Assembly (NCBI GenBank): GCA_016218445.1
Contig: JACREC010000084.1
Span: 1 to 53,493 of the forward strand
Origin: Nitrosomonadales bacterium
GTDB lineage: Bacteria > Pseudomonadota > Gammaproteobacteria > Burkholderiales > Gallionellaceae
Direction: 5' to 3'
Length of the DNA stretch: 53,493 nt
The position numbers and the translations under genes were made by a program. Shown in pieces: positions 1 through 10,275 of this stretch (its first letter is position 1; every line of letters begins with the position of its first letter). The notes beneath the pieces were generated by a model. The model had not been told where the DNA came from, made no database searches, and saw only the letters and a list, made by a program, of their open reading frames with translations.

Positions 1-1578
<1,578 letters not shown>

Positions 1579-1694
1579 CAAAGGTACTGTAAAGCTGTTT
1601 CAATAGCAAGTTGGCAGTTTTAGCGTTGAGCGGGACCGATGGCCTTGTTATACTGCCCGCGCAGGTTAACAATAATGCTTGGGAGCGGAGTGAA

Positions 1695-2345
1695 ATGAAG
1701 AACTTGGAGCAGGTGCGCTTTAATATGGTGGAGCAACAGATCCGGCCTTGGGATGTGTTGGATATGCGTGTGCTGGACTTGTTGACCAAGGTCAAGCGCG
1801 AGCAGTTCGTGCCGCCCACTCGGCGGGAGATGGCCTTCATGGATCTGGAAATCCCGCTTGGTTATGGCGCCAGTATGTGGCAGCCCAAGCTGGAGGCGCG
1901 CGCAGTGCAGGCGTTGCTGGTCGGGCGTGGCGACCGCGTGCTGGAAGTCGGTAGCGGCAGCGGCTATCTGACTGCCTTGCTGTCCCATCTAGCAGCGCAT
2001 GTGACCAGCGTGGAGATCGTGCCGGAGTTGCATGCCTTCGCGGAAAAGAATCTGGCGGCGCATCATATTGACAACGTGGCGCTGACGCTGGGGGATGCAG
2101 CTCAGGGCTGGCCTGGTTCATATGACGTGATCGTACTGACCGGTTCCGTGCCTGTTTTGCCGGAAGCTTTCCAGAACAGCCTGACGCCGGGTGGCCGCCT
2201 GTTTGCCATCGTTGGCGATGCACCGGCGATGCAGGCCAGGCTGGTAACCCGTGTGGCGCCCGGCGTATTCGAGAGCACCACCCTGTTCGAAACCAGCGTC
2301 GCGCCGTTACAGAATGTGCTGCAACCCAAGCGTTTCGTATTTTAA
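1695..2345 (+). CDS. protein-L-isoaspartate O-methyltransferase family protein
   Basis: ORF 1611..2345; the likely start is the ATG at 1695, after GGAG. SAM motif I is VLEVGSGSGYLTALLS, and the C-terminal GGRLFAIVG block is typical of Pcm-family proteins. A pcm-tolC pairing is common in betaproteobacteria (from memory). Confidence 0.8.
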   Translation: MKNLEQVRFNMVEQQIRPWDVLDMRVLDLLTKVKREQFVPPTRREMAFMDLEIPLGYGASMWQPKLEARAVQALLVGRGDRVLEVGSGSGYLTALLSHLAAHVTSVEIVPELHAFAEKNLAAHHIDNVALTLGDAAQGWPGSYDVIVLTGSVPVLPEAFQNSLTPGGRLFAIVGDAPAMQARLVTRVAPGVFESTTLFETSVAPLQNVLQPKRFVF

Positions 2346-2486
2346 GACCTCTGCACAACGTAGCGAGCGCAGGTCAGACAAGGAGAAGAGGGGCGGGAAA
2401 CCGGAATGTATGTGATTATACATGAGGATTTTGAGCCGTTTTTCGACGAAGTATCACCAAGCGCAGTAGTTGTGCTGAGGTCTTAT
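2343..2486. mobile_element. MITE-like element, family C (about 23 bp imperfect terminal inverted repeats TAAGACCTC(T/A)GCACAAC..TA..GCG)
   Basis: The left arm taagacctctgcacaacgtagcgagcgc (2343-2370) matches the reverse complement of the right arm gcgcagtagttgtgctgaggtctta (2461-2485). The pcm-like stop codon lies inside the left arm. Confidence 0.6.
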
Positions 2487-2495
2487 TTTGATGAT

Positions 2496-2531
2496 GCGGG
2501 CGCAGCTGGTTAAGCTGCCCCGCTTGAATTT
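2496..2531 (+). terminator. possible intrinsic terminator after the pcm-like gene
   Basis: GCGGGcGCAGC-tggttaa-GCTGCCCCGC forms a 10 bp stem with one bulge, followed by ttgaattt. The T tract is weak. Confidence 0.35.
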
Positions 2532-2608
2532 AATCGCACGGGTGTGTAATATTAGAAATGTCTAATATTCAACGCAGGCCATGACCATCAACAAATCACT
2601 CCTGATGG

Positions 2609-2793
2609 AACTACTAGCCATTCGACTAAGCGAGCAAACATCGCCCGCCAAGTCGCTGGTTATACTCACACTGATGAAACTACTGATGAAGCCACTAGCC
2701 ATCTGGCCAGGCTGTCTAAAAACGACAGCCAAGCCATTGGTTATAGCCAATCCACTAAGCCACCAAGCTACGGTGACCAAGTGGCTGGTTATT
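2609..2793 (+). repeat. tandem array of three family-B hairpin units (tagCCAt-[4 bp]-TAAGC-[stem]-AAACAAC-like loop-[stem]-GCCAAG-[4 bp]-yTGGTTATAg)
   Basis: The units lie at about 2615-2665, 2695-2745 and 2746-2793. Their stems are GCGAGC/GCCCGC, GGCTGTC/GACAGCC and CACC/GGTG. The same unit recurs at 28033, 29683, 38950-39040 (reverse complement) and 42708-42800. Confidence 0.85.
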
Positions 2794-4089
2794 GCGGCGT
2801 TGAGCGCGACTTTCCCGGCGGGGGCGGCGGACCTGCTCGAAACCTATCATGCCGCACAATCGCAGGATGCGGTTTTCGCCGCCGCGCGCGCGACGCATCA
2901 GGCCGGACTGGAAAAGCTGCCGCAAGGCCGCTCACTGCTGTTGCCCAGCGTGAGCCTGAGCGCCAACAGCACTTACAACGACAACAACATCCAGTATCGC
3001 GGCGCTTCCCTGCTTCCTTCCCGCGCCAGCCGTTTCAACAGCAATGGCTACGGCGTGAACCTGACGCAGCCGCTGTTCCGCCAGCAAAACTGGCTGGCCT
3101 ATACCGAGGCCGGATTACAGGTGGCGCAGGCCGATGCACAGTTCAACGGCGCGGAGCAGGACCTGATCCTGCGTGTGGCGCAGGCCTATTTCGACGTGCT
3201 GATCGCCCAGGACAGCGTGCAGCTCGCCGGAGCGCAGAAGACTGCCATTTCCGAACAACTGGAGCAGGCCAGGCGCAACTTCGAGGTGGGCACCGCCACC
3301 ATCACCGACACATACGAGGCACAGGCGCGCTACGACCTGGTGGACGCGCAGGAGATCGCCGCGCAGAGCAACCTGGAAGTCAAGAAGCGCACGCTGCAGC
3401 AATTGACCAACGCCATGCCGGGCGACCTGCGCCAGCTGGGCCGGCAGTTCAAGCTGGAGGCGCTGCAACCGGCCGACATGGACAAGTGGGTGGAAGAGGC
3501 GCAGCGGCACAATACACAACTGGCCGTGGCGCAGGCCGCCGCGGAACTGGCCGAAAAGGAAGTGGCGCGCAACCGCGGCGGGCACTATCCGACACTCGAC
3601 CTGGTGGCCAATTATTCCGAAAACTCTGCCAGCGGCGGCAGCCTGGGAGTGGGCAGCGACAGCCGCAATGCCGCAGTCGGCGTGCAGCTCAACCTGCCGC
3701 TGTTCCAGGGCGGGGCGACCCGGTCCAGGGTGCGCGAAGCCGAGGCCAACCGCGACCGCGCCGGCGAGGAACTGGAAACCGCGCGCCGCAACGTCGCCCT
3801 GCAAACGCGCCAGGCCTATCTGGGCGTGGTCAACGGCATCGCCCAGGTCAAGGCGCTGCAACAGGCGCTGACCTCCAGCGAGAGTTTGCTGGAGGCCAGC
3901 AAGCTGGGACAGGAAGTCGGCGTGCGCACCAACCTCGACGTGCTGAATGCGCAGCAGCAGCTTTACTCCACCCGCCGTGATCTGTACCAGGCCGAGTACA
4001 ACTACCTGATCAGCCAACTGCGGCTGAAGGCCGCCGCGGGAACATTGGCCGAAGAGGATCTTGCCAGGGTTAATCAGGCGCTTTACTGA
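2773..4089 (+). CDS. tolC: TolC-family outer membrane efflux protein
   Basis: ORF 2581..4089. From the in-frame GTG at 2773 the product begins (M)TKWLVIAALSATFPAGA|ADLLETYHAAQSQD, a plausible signal peptide followed by the usual TolC N-terminus. It also shows the duplicated OEP-repeat architecture (LNLPLFQGG..., NLDVLNAQQQLY). The ATG at 2581 would add a non-signal-like extension read from the repeat array. Confidence 0.9.
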   Translation: MTKWLVIAALSATFPAGAADLLETYHAAQSQDAVFAAARATHQAGLEKLPQGRSLLLPSVSLSANSTYNDNNIQYRGASLLPSRASRFNSNGYGVNLTQPLFRQQNWLAYTEAGLQVAQADAQFNGAEQDLILRVAQAYFDVLIAQDSVQLAGAQKTAISEQLEQARRNFEVGTATITDTYEAQARYDLVDAQEIAAQSNLEVKKRTLQQLTNAMPGDLRQLGRQFKLEALQPADMDKWVEEAQRHNTQLAVAQAAAELAEKEVARNRGGHYPTLDLVANYSENSASGGSLGVGSDSRNAAVGVQLNLPLFQGGATRSRVREAEANRDRAGEELETARRNVALQTRQAYLGVVNGIAQVKALQQALTSSESLLEASKLGQEVGVRTNLDVLNAQQQLYSTRRDLYQAEYNYLISQLRLKAAAGTLAEEDLARVNQALY

Positions 4090-4961
4090 TTTGCCAGGCA
4101 CTCCCGCAGGGAAACCTTCCAATCCGGTAACTGAATGCCAAACTGATTGAGCAGTTTGGCGTTTGACAGCACAGAATACCTTGGCCGTTTTACCGGGGTG
4201 GAAAATTCCGCGCTGCTGATGGCGCGCAAGGCCGGTGGACAGGCAAGACCGGCAAACAGGCCGTATCCCGCTGCGGCTTGAGCAAAACCGAACCATGAGG
4301 TTTGTCCTTGCGCAGTCATGTGGTAAATTCCGTTAATCTGTTCCGGATCGGGGTCGGCCAGATACAAGGCTATGGCCTGCACTGTAGCCTGCGCAATCTC
4401 GCGGCTCCAGGTCGGTGCACCAAGCTGGTCGTCCACAATGGTCAGCTCGGAGCGCTGGGCGCCTATGCGCTTTATCGTGTTCAGGAAATTCTTGCCCTGC
4501 GCGTCATATACCCACGTGGAGCGGAAAATCAGGAAATGCGAAGTCTGCGCACAAACCATCCGCTCACCCATCAGTTTGCTGCGTCCATATGCATTCAACG
4601 GATTGGGGGTGTCCTGTTCGGTATAGGGAGTAGATTTTGTCCCATCGAACACGTAATCGGTGGAGTAATGGACCAGCAAGGCATTCAGCCGGGCCGCTTC
4701 TTCCGCCATGACGCCGGGCGCCATGCCATTCACCGCCATGGCAAGGTCGGGTTCGGATTCCGCCTGGTCCACGGCGGTGTAGGCTGCGGCATTGACGATG
4801 ATGCCCGGGTTTGTCCTGCGTATTTGCAAGCGGATGGCATCCGGGTCCGCCAGGTCCAATTGATCCCTGCCCGGCGCAACAACCCTGCCCAAGGCGGCCA
4901 GAGTTCTGTGCAGTTCCCGTCCGATCTGCCCGGACTTGCCTGTCAGCAGGATGGTTCTCAT
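4083..4961 (-). CDS. rfbD: dTDP-4-dehydrorhamnose reductase
   Basis: ILLTGKSGQIGREL Rossmann motif and the STDYVFDG RmlD signature. Last gene of the rfbBACD string. Confidence 0.93.
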   Translation of the reverse strand: MRTILLTGKSGQIGRELHRTLAALGRVVAPGRDQLDLADPDAIRLQIRRTNPGIIVNAAAYTAVDQAESEPDLAMAVNGMAPGVMAEEAARLNALLVHYSTDYVFDGTKSTPYTEQDTPNPLNAYGRSKLMGERMVCAQTSHFLIFRSTWVYDAQGKNFLNTIKRIGAQRSELTIVDDQLGAPTWSREIAQATVQAIALYLADPDPEQINGIYHMTAQGQTSWFGFAQAAAGYGLFAGLACPPALRAISSAEFSTPVKRPRYSVLSNAKLLNQFGIQLPDWKVSLRECLANQ

Positions 4962-5506
4962 TCAAACAGTTCGGCATCCCGGAAGCTTGTTCCCTGCCGG
5001 CCTTTCTCGGACAGGATGGGTTGCGCTCCCTGCAGCGGCCAGCTTATTGCCAGATCAGGGTCGCTCCAAAGAATGCAGCGCTCGAATTCGGGTGCCCAGT
5101 AATCCGTGGTTTTATAAATCACTTCGCTATGGTCGGCAAGCGACAAAAAGCCGTGCGCAAAGCCGGGAGGAATCCAGAACATAAGCTTGTTTTCCGCCGA
5201 TAAACGATTACTTACCCATTGTCCCAGCGTGGGGGAATTTTTGCGCAGATCAACCGCCACATCGTAAATTTCCCCTGCAACAACCCGGATCAATTTGCCC
5301 TGGGGGTGTTTGACTTGATAGTGCAGGCCGCGCAAGGCGTTCTTTACCGAGCCGGAATGATTATCCTGCACGAACGTGGCAGCAACCCCGGCAAGCTGCA
5401 CGAATCTGCGCTGGTTAAAGCTTTCGAAAAAGAAGCCGCGCGCGTCCTTGAATACATCAGGTTCAATAAGCAATGGCCCATGGATGGATGTAGCGGTGAC
5501 TTTCAT
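4958..5506 (-). CDS. rfbC: dTDP-4-dehydrorhamnose 3,5-epimerase
   Basis: RGFFFESFN, GLHYQ, QGKLIRVVAGEIYDVAVDLRKNSPT and WIPPGFAHGF are RmlC cupin motifs. Confidence 0.95.
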   Translation of the reverse strand: MKVTATSIHGPLLIEPDVFKDARGFFFESFNQRRFVQLAGVAATFVQDNHSGSVKNALRGLHYQVKHPQGKLIRVVAGEIYDVAVDLRKNSPTLGQWVSNRLSAENKLMFWIPPGFAHGFLSLADHSEVIYKTTDYWAPEFERCILWSDPDLAISWPLQGAQPILSEKGRQGTSFRDAELFE

Positions 5507-6381
5507 TAAAGAAGTGGTTCCTGCAGGAGTGCCAGCAAATATTGGCCGTATTCGTTTTTGGCGAGCGGTGCTGCCAATTTTTCAAGTTGTTCTGGCGAAA
5601 TGTAAGCTTTGCGATAAGCGATTTCCTCGGGGCAGGAAATCTTCAAGCCCTGTCTTTTCTCCAGGGTTTGAATGAACATTGAGGCCTCAAGCAGCGACGT
5701 ATGCGTGCCGGTATCCAGCCAGGCAAGGCCCCGGCGCATGACTTGGACATCCAGCATGCCCATTTCCAGATAGCGTTGCATCACGGCGGTGATTTCCAGT
5801 TCGCCGCGGGCCGATGGTTTGATCGACTTGGCAATTTCGATGACCTGGTTATCATAAAAATACAACCCGGTCACCGCATAGCTGGATTTCGGCTTGAGAG
5901 GTTTTTCCTCAACGCTGATGGCACGTCCGGTTTTGTTGAACTCAACTACGCCATAGCGCTCAGGATCATGCACATGATAGGCGAAAACAGTCGCCCCGTT
6001 TTTCTTGGCGGCTGCGGGAAGCAGCAACTGTTCAAAATTGTGGCCGTAAAAAATGTTGTCGCCCAGCACCAGTGCACAAGAGTCGTTTCCAATAAAAGTT
6101 TCGCCGATAATAAACGCCTGCGGGAGGCCACCCGGTGAGGGTTGTACGGCATAGGAGAAATTCATGCCCCACTGCGAACCATCTCCCAGAAGCTGTTCGA
6201 AACGCGGTGTGTCCTGCGGGGTGGAGATCACCAGAATATCGCGTATCCCGGCCAGCATCAGCGTGGACAGCGGATAATAAATCATCGGCTTGTCATAAAT
6301 CGGCAGCAATTGCTTGGAGATGGTATGTGTCACCGGATAGAGCCGGGTGCCTGAGCCGCCTGCGAGTATGATGCCTTTCAT
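5506..6381 (-). CDS. rfbA: glucose-1-phosphate thymidylyltransferase
   Basis: From the internal Met the product reads [57 protein letters not shown], the canonical RmlA N-terminus. The ATG overlaps the rfbB stop (ATGA). Confidence 0.95.
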   Translation of the reverse strand: MKGIILAGGSGTRLYPVTHTISKQLLPIYDKPMIYYPLSTLMLAGIRDILVISTPQDTPRFEQLLGDGSQWGMNFSYAVQPSPGGLPQAFIIGETFIGNDSCALVLGDNIFYGHNFEQLLLPAAAKKNGATVFAYHVHDPERYGVVEFNKTGRAISVEEKPLKPKSSYAVTGLYFYDNQVIEIAKSIKPSARGELEITAVMQRYLEMGMLDVQVMRRGLAWLDTGTHTSLLEASMFIQTLEKRQGLKISCPEEIAYRKAYISPEQLEKLAAPLAKNEYGQYLLALLQEPLL

Positions 6382-7445
6382 GATATTTTCCTGTCGCCGT
6401 AATTTTGTTGGATCCAGCTCTGGTATTCGCCGCTGATCACTGCATCGGTCCAAGCGGTGTTTGCCAGATACCACGCCACTGTTTTGCGTAGCCCGGTTTC
6501 AAATGTTTTCTGCGGTTTCCAGCCCAATTCGTTTGCGATCTTTGAGGCGTCAATCGCATAGCGGCGGTCATGGCCGGGCCTGTCCTGCACGTAGGTAATG
6601 AGCGATGCATGCGGCTTGCCTTGAGGATGAAGCTCATCGAGGATGGCGCAAATTGCCTGGACGACTTCGAGATTGGTTTTCTCATTCCAGCCGCCGATGT
6701 TATATGTCTCTCCCAATCGCCCTCGCTCCAGCACCAAGCGCAATGCGCGCGCATGGTCGTCCACATACAGCCAGTCGCGGATATTGTCACCCTTGCCATA
6801 GATGGGCAGCGGTTTACCGTTGCACGCATTCAGGATCATCAGCGGGATCAACTTTTCCGGGAATTGGCAAGGGCCATAATTGTTGGAACAGTTGGTGGTG
6901 ACCACGGGCAGGCCATAGGTGTGATGCCAGGCGCGCACCAGATGATCCGAAGAAGCCTTGCTCGCCGAGTAAGGCGAGTTCGGCTGGTAAGCGGTATCCT
7001 CGGTGAAAAAGCCGTTGTCTCCCAAGCTGCCATACACCTCATCAGTGGAGATGTGGTGGAAGCGAAAAGCGTTTTTGCGTTCCGCAGGCAGCCCGCTCCA
7101 GTATTCACGTGCGGCCTCCAGCAGGGTGTAAGTGCCGACGATATTGGTTTCGATGAAGGCCGCCGGGCCGCTGATGGAGCGGTCAACGTGGGATTCTGCA
7201 GCAAGGTGCATCACCGCGTCCGGCCGGTGCTCGCGGAACAGGCGCGCGATTTCGGTGGTATCGCAAATGTCCACGTGTTCGAAACAGTAGCGGGGGCTGT
7301 CCGCAACCGATGACAGGGATTGCAAATTACCGGCGTAGGTCAGCTTGTCAACATTGATGACCGTGACAGCGGTTTCCGCGATCAGTTGGCGAATGACGGC
7401 AGAGCCGATAAATCCGGCGCCGCCGGTGATGAGGATGGTGTTCAT
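6378..7445 (-). CDS. rfbB: dTDP-glucose 4,6-dehydratase
   Basis: [21 protein letters not shown] and the [15 protein letters not shown] catalytic YxxxK motif. Confidence 0.95.
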   Translation of the reverse strand: MNTILITGGAGFIGSAVIRQLIAETAVTVINVDKLTYAGNLQSLSSVADSPRYCFEHVDICDTTEIARLFREHRPDAVMHLAAESHVDRSISGPAAFIETNIVGTYTLLEAAREYWSGLPAERKNAFRFHHISTDEVYGSLGDNGFFTEDTAYQPNSPYSASKASSDHLVRAWHHTYGLPVVTTNCSNNYGPCQFPEKLIPLMILNACNGKPLPIYGKGDNIRDWLYVDDHARALRLVLERGRLGETYNIGGWNEKTNLEVVQAICAILDELHPQGKPHASLITYVQDRPGHDRRYAIDASKIANELGWKPQKTFETGLRKTVAWYLANTAWTDAVISGEYQSWIQQNYGDRKIS

Positions 7446-7520
7446 GGTTGGGGGATCGTGATTCGCCTTGCCATTTTAAGTTGCGTAATTTTACTGGAAA
7501 TGATGGCGGTAGGTTATCGT

Positions 7521-8783
7521 CTATTTGGTTATGCACTGGTTGATGTGCAACAGCGCGTGCTCGGTTGCGCCGCGATTGGCGCTCACGAACCGCAGCCCCG
7601 CTGCACCGATTTCCGCCATCCTATGGGGATGGGAAAGCAGGTTTTGCAGGGTCTGTGCAAGCTCCATTGTGTCCTGCACACGCAAGGCCGCGCCGCTGGC
7701 GACGGCAAGCTGGCTGGCTTGCGCGAAGTTATAGGTGTGCGGGCCGATGAGCACAGGCTTGCCTGCGGCGCAGGCTTCAATCAGGTTTTGTCCGCCGAAC
7801 GGCAGCAGGCTGCCACCGATGAAGGCGAGGTCGCAGGCCGCATAGTAGGCGAACATTTCCCCCATGCTGTCGCCAAGCACCACTTGTGTGTCCGGCGCAA
7901 CGGGGCGGTTTTCACTCCTGCGCTGGAAGCGGGTGCCGTGCCGGGTGAGCAGGGTCGCCACTTCATCGAAGCGCTGCGGGTGGCGCGGCACGATGACGGT
8001 GAGCAGGTGCGGCATATCAACTTGCTTGAGCACGTCCAACAGCAGCGCCTCTTCACCCTCGCGGGTGCTGGCAGCTAGAAACACTTTGCGTTCTGCGCCG
8101 AACTGGATGCGCAGTTCCTTTCCCAATTCCGGCATGGCAGCAGGCGGTTCGATGTCGAATTTCAGGTTACCCATGACGGATACATTGCCGGCCCCCAAGG
8201 CCGTCAGCCGCGCGGCATCGTCAGTGGTTTGCGCGGCAATGGCGGCGAGTTCTCTCAGCGCGTTGCGGGTTAGTCGCGCAACTCGCGCATAACCCAGCGC
8301 GGATTTCTCAGACAGACGTGCGTTGAGTAGCAGCAGCGGAGTTTTTTCGGCATTGCAGGCGTAAATCAGGTTGAACCAGATTTCGGTTTCCAGCAGCACG
8401 CCGATGCGCGGACGAAAGTGGTTCAGGAAGCGCCTGATTGCAAAGGGGTAGTCATAAGGCAGGTAAACCCGCAGCACATCGCCGCCATAAAGTTGTTCGC
8501 TGGCGGCGCGTCCGGTAGGGGTGGTGTGTGTGAGCAGCAGTTGATGATCCGGGTAGGTTTCCCGCAAGCGTTGCACCAGGCTGGCTGCCGCGCGCGTTTC
8601 ACCGACCGATACGGTGTGCAGCCAAATCACCGGTTTGTCGCTGTGTGTGGAATAAAAGCCAAAACGCTCGGCGATGTGTTTGAGATATTCAGGTTGTTTG
8701 CGCGCGCGCCACAGCAGGTGGAAAAAAATATAGGGCAGCAGCAACCACAGTCCTATGGTGTAGAAGAAACGCGTGTTACGCAT
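7521..8783 (-). CDS. waaA: 3-deoxy-D-manno-octulosonic acid (Kdo) transferase
   Basis: N-terminal membrane anchor and WLHTVSVGETRAA, the KdtA motif. 420 aa. Overlaps waaC by 8 nt. Confidence 0.9.
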   Translation of the reverse strand: MRNTRFFYTIGLWLLLPYIFFHLLWRARKQPEYLKHIAERFGFYSTHSDKPVIWLHTVSVGETRAAASLVQRLRETYPDHQLLLTHTTPTGRAASEQLYGGDVLRVYLPYDYPFAIRRFLNHFRPRIGVLLETEIWFNLIYACNAEKTPLLLLNARLSEKSALGYARVARLTRNALRELAAIAAQTTDDAARLTALGAGNVSVMGNLKFDIEPPAAMPELGKELRIQFGAERKVFLAASTREGEEALLLDVLKQVDMPHLLTVIVPRHPQRFDEVATLLTRHGTRFQRRSENRPVAPDTQVVLGDSMGEMFAYYAACDLAFIGGSLLPFGGQNLIEACAAGKPVLIGPHTYNFAQASQLAVASGAALRVQDTMELAQTLQNLLSHPHRMAEIGAAGLRFVSANRGATEHALLHINQCITK

Positions 8784-9741
8784 ATACGCACATTTGGCTT
8801 AGTGTAGCGATAACTGTTTCAACCGTGGGCGGTGTGCCTGTGCCGCCGAGGTTGACGGCGCGCGCGCCGGCATAAAGCCCGGTCAGGCCAGGAGCGGTGG
8901 CGGTATAAATGCCGATGGTCGGCACACCGAGTGCGGCGGCGAGGTGGCTCAAGCCGGTATCCACCCCGATCACTATATGGGCGCGCCCCAGCATTACTGC
9001 CGCTTCGCTCAGGCTGATGCGCGGTGTGCAGATCGCGCCGGAAATGGCTGAGCACAAGCGCTCGCTGCGCGCCCTTTCCTGTTCGTTACCCCAAGGCAGC
9101 ACCGCGCGCGTTCCCATCTGGTTCAGATATTTGCCCAGCGCAACCCAGTTCTGCTCATCCCATAATTTATCGTCGCGGCTGGTGGCGTGCAGCAACACGG
9201 CATAGGGTTCAGCCGGCAGCCAGGGCAGCATGAGATCAGGTGCGCGGATGCCGTAATCCGGCGCTCCCTGCGGGGTGTAGCCCAAGGCCAGTCCGGCCAG
9301 TTGGCGGTTGCGCTCTACCGCATGCTGGTTTTTGGCAACGGAATAGGTGTGGTCATAAAACAGGCTGGCCAGCGGTTCACGTGCACTTTTCCAATCAAAG
9401 CCGCAGCGCATGGCAGGCACACAACGGGTAATCAGCGCGCTCTTCAGCAGGCCTTGTGCATCCAGCGCCAGATCATAGTGGCGGGTGCGCAGGTCGCGGC
9501 AGGTTGCCTGCATCTCGCCACGCGATTGCCACCATGACTTGCGCCAGCGGCGCACGGCCACGGGAATAACCCGATTGATCCTGGGGTGTAGCGTCGTCAG
9601 CGGCATAAAGCTTTCTTCCACCACCCAGTCAATACGCGCATCCGGAACGTGTTGACAAATATCCGCCACGACCGGAAGATTGTGCAGCACATCGCCCAAG
9701 GAAGATGTTTTGATCAGAATGATACTTGGTGAGTTTTTCAT
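8776..9741 (-). CDS. waaC: lipopolysaccharide heptosyltransferase I
   Basis: From Met57 of the ORF: MKNSPSIILIKTSSLGDVLHNLPVV...IDWVVEESF...RVIPVAVRRWRKSWW...DAQGLLKSALIT...FDWKSAREPLASLFYD...QHAVERNRQL. This aligns closely with E. coli WaaC as I remember it. Confidence 0.9.
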   Translation of the reverse strand: MKNSPSIILIKTSSLGDVLHNLPVVADICQHVPDARIDWVVEESFMPLTTLHPRINRVIPVAVRRWRKSWWQSRGEMQATCRDLRTRHYDLALDAQGLLKSALITRCVPAMRCGFDWKSAREPLASLFYDHTYSVAKNQHAVERNRQLAGLALGYTPQGAPDYGIRAPDLMLPWLPAEPYAVLLHATSRDDKLWDEQNWVALGKYLNQMGTRAVLPWGNEQERARSERLCSAISGAICTPRISLSEAAVMLGRAHIVIGVDTGLSHLAAALGVPTIGIYTATAPGLTGLYAGARAVNLGGTGTPPTVETVIATLSQMCVYA

Positions 9742-9764
9742 TTGTCGCCACATTGTATCCAAAA

Positions 9765-9841
9765 GGCCTCTGCATAACGTAGTGAGTGTAAGCCTAATGC
9801 CGTTAAGTCGAAGATTCAGCGCTACGAATTTGTGCCAGATC
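9765..9841. repeat. diverged family-C MITE-like copy in the waaC/MarR divergent intergenic region
   Basis: ggcctctgcataacgtagtgagtg (9765-9788) versus the reverse complement of cagcgctacgaatttgtgccagatc (9817-9841). It resembles the TIR of the 2343-2486 element but is more degenerate. Confidence 0.4.
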
Positions 9842-9866
9842 AACGCATCACCCCTGCATTTTCCGC

Positions 9867-9896
9867 TTGACAGGCCAGGGCTGCGGCTGTTGTAAT
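9867..9896 (+). promoter_or_regulatory. candidate sigma70-type promoter for the MarR-EPS/wbp operon
   Basis: Perfect TTGACA at 9867-9872, an 18 nt spacer and TGTAAT at 9891-9896, about 30 nt upstream of the ATG at 9928. Pattern match only. Confidence 0.3.
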
Positions 9897-9927
9897 GCGC
9901 GATGTTCACTGACTGAACGCACTATAA

Positions 9928-10275
9928 ATGCTCGACGAAAACACTCATTACGGCCTACTTAAGATATTGGAAGAGAACCCCGGACTTTCGCAAAGGGACT
10001 TGGCGAAACGGCTGGGCGTCAGCTTGGGGAAGGTTAATTTCTGCCTCAATGCGCTGGCCGAAAAGGGCAGCCTCAAGATTAACAATTTCCGCAACAGCGA
10101 CAACAAGCTGGCCTACGCCTACCTGCTCACCCCGCGCGGCGTCGAACAAAAAGCGCGCATGGCGGTAGAGTTCCTGCAAATCAAAATACGTGAATATGAG
10201 CGGCTGCGGAAAGAGATCGAGGCGCTGAAGCGTGAGGCGGAGCAACAAGAATTGTTGGAAAACGCGCGTGAGTAA
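9928..10275 (+). CDS. MarR-family EPS-associated transcriptional regulator
   Basis: 115 aa. LLKILEENPGLSQRDLAKRLGVSLGKVNFCLNAL...AYAYLLTPRGVEQKAR is a winged-helix domain with a C-terminal coiled coil. This is typical of the small MarR-like regulators at the head of polysaccharide clusters. Confidence 0.8.
   Translation: MLDENTHYGLLKILEENPGLSQRDLAKRLGVSLGKVNFCLNALAEKGSLKINNFRNSDNKLAYAYLLTPRGVEQKARMAVEFLQIKIREYERLRKEIEALKREAEQQELLENARE

Noticed and set aside
2581-2772. ATG at 2581 as the tolC start (502 aa ORF)
   Set aside because: It would put 64 repeat-derived residues (LLAIRLSEQTSPAKSLVI...) ahead of the signal peptide, which is incompatible with Sec export. The GTG at 2773 gives a normal signal sequence.
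2609-2793. Tandem family-B units as a mini-CRISPR array or integron attC sites
   Set aside because: The units abut without unique spacers, they are themselves hairpins, and no cas genes are present. The unit ends do not fit the attC RYYYAAC/GTTRRRY cores, and there is no intI gene or cassette structure.
2781-3980. 399 aa plus-strand ORF in an alternative frame of tolC
   Set aside because: The translation is Arg/Gly/Ala/Pro-rich and low in complexity, with no motifs. The overlapping frame encodes a bona fide TolC.
8776-9909. Long N-terminal extensions of several ORFs (waaC to 9909, rfbA to 6474, GT-C to 36183, SGNH-like to 37298, adenosine kinase to 43963, gcvT to 50019, prmA to 51862)
   Set aside because: The extensions run through repeats, riboswitches or the upstream gene and lack homology. 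Internal Met codons reproduce canonical family N-termini and give ATGA- or TAATG-type coupling with neighbours.
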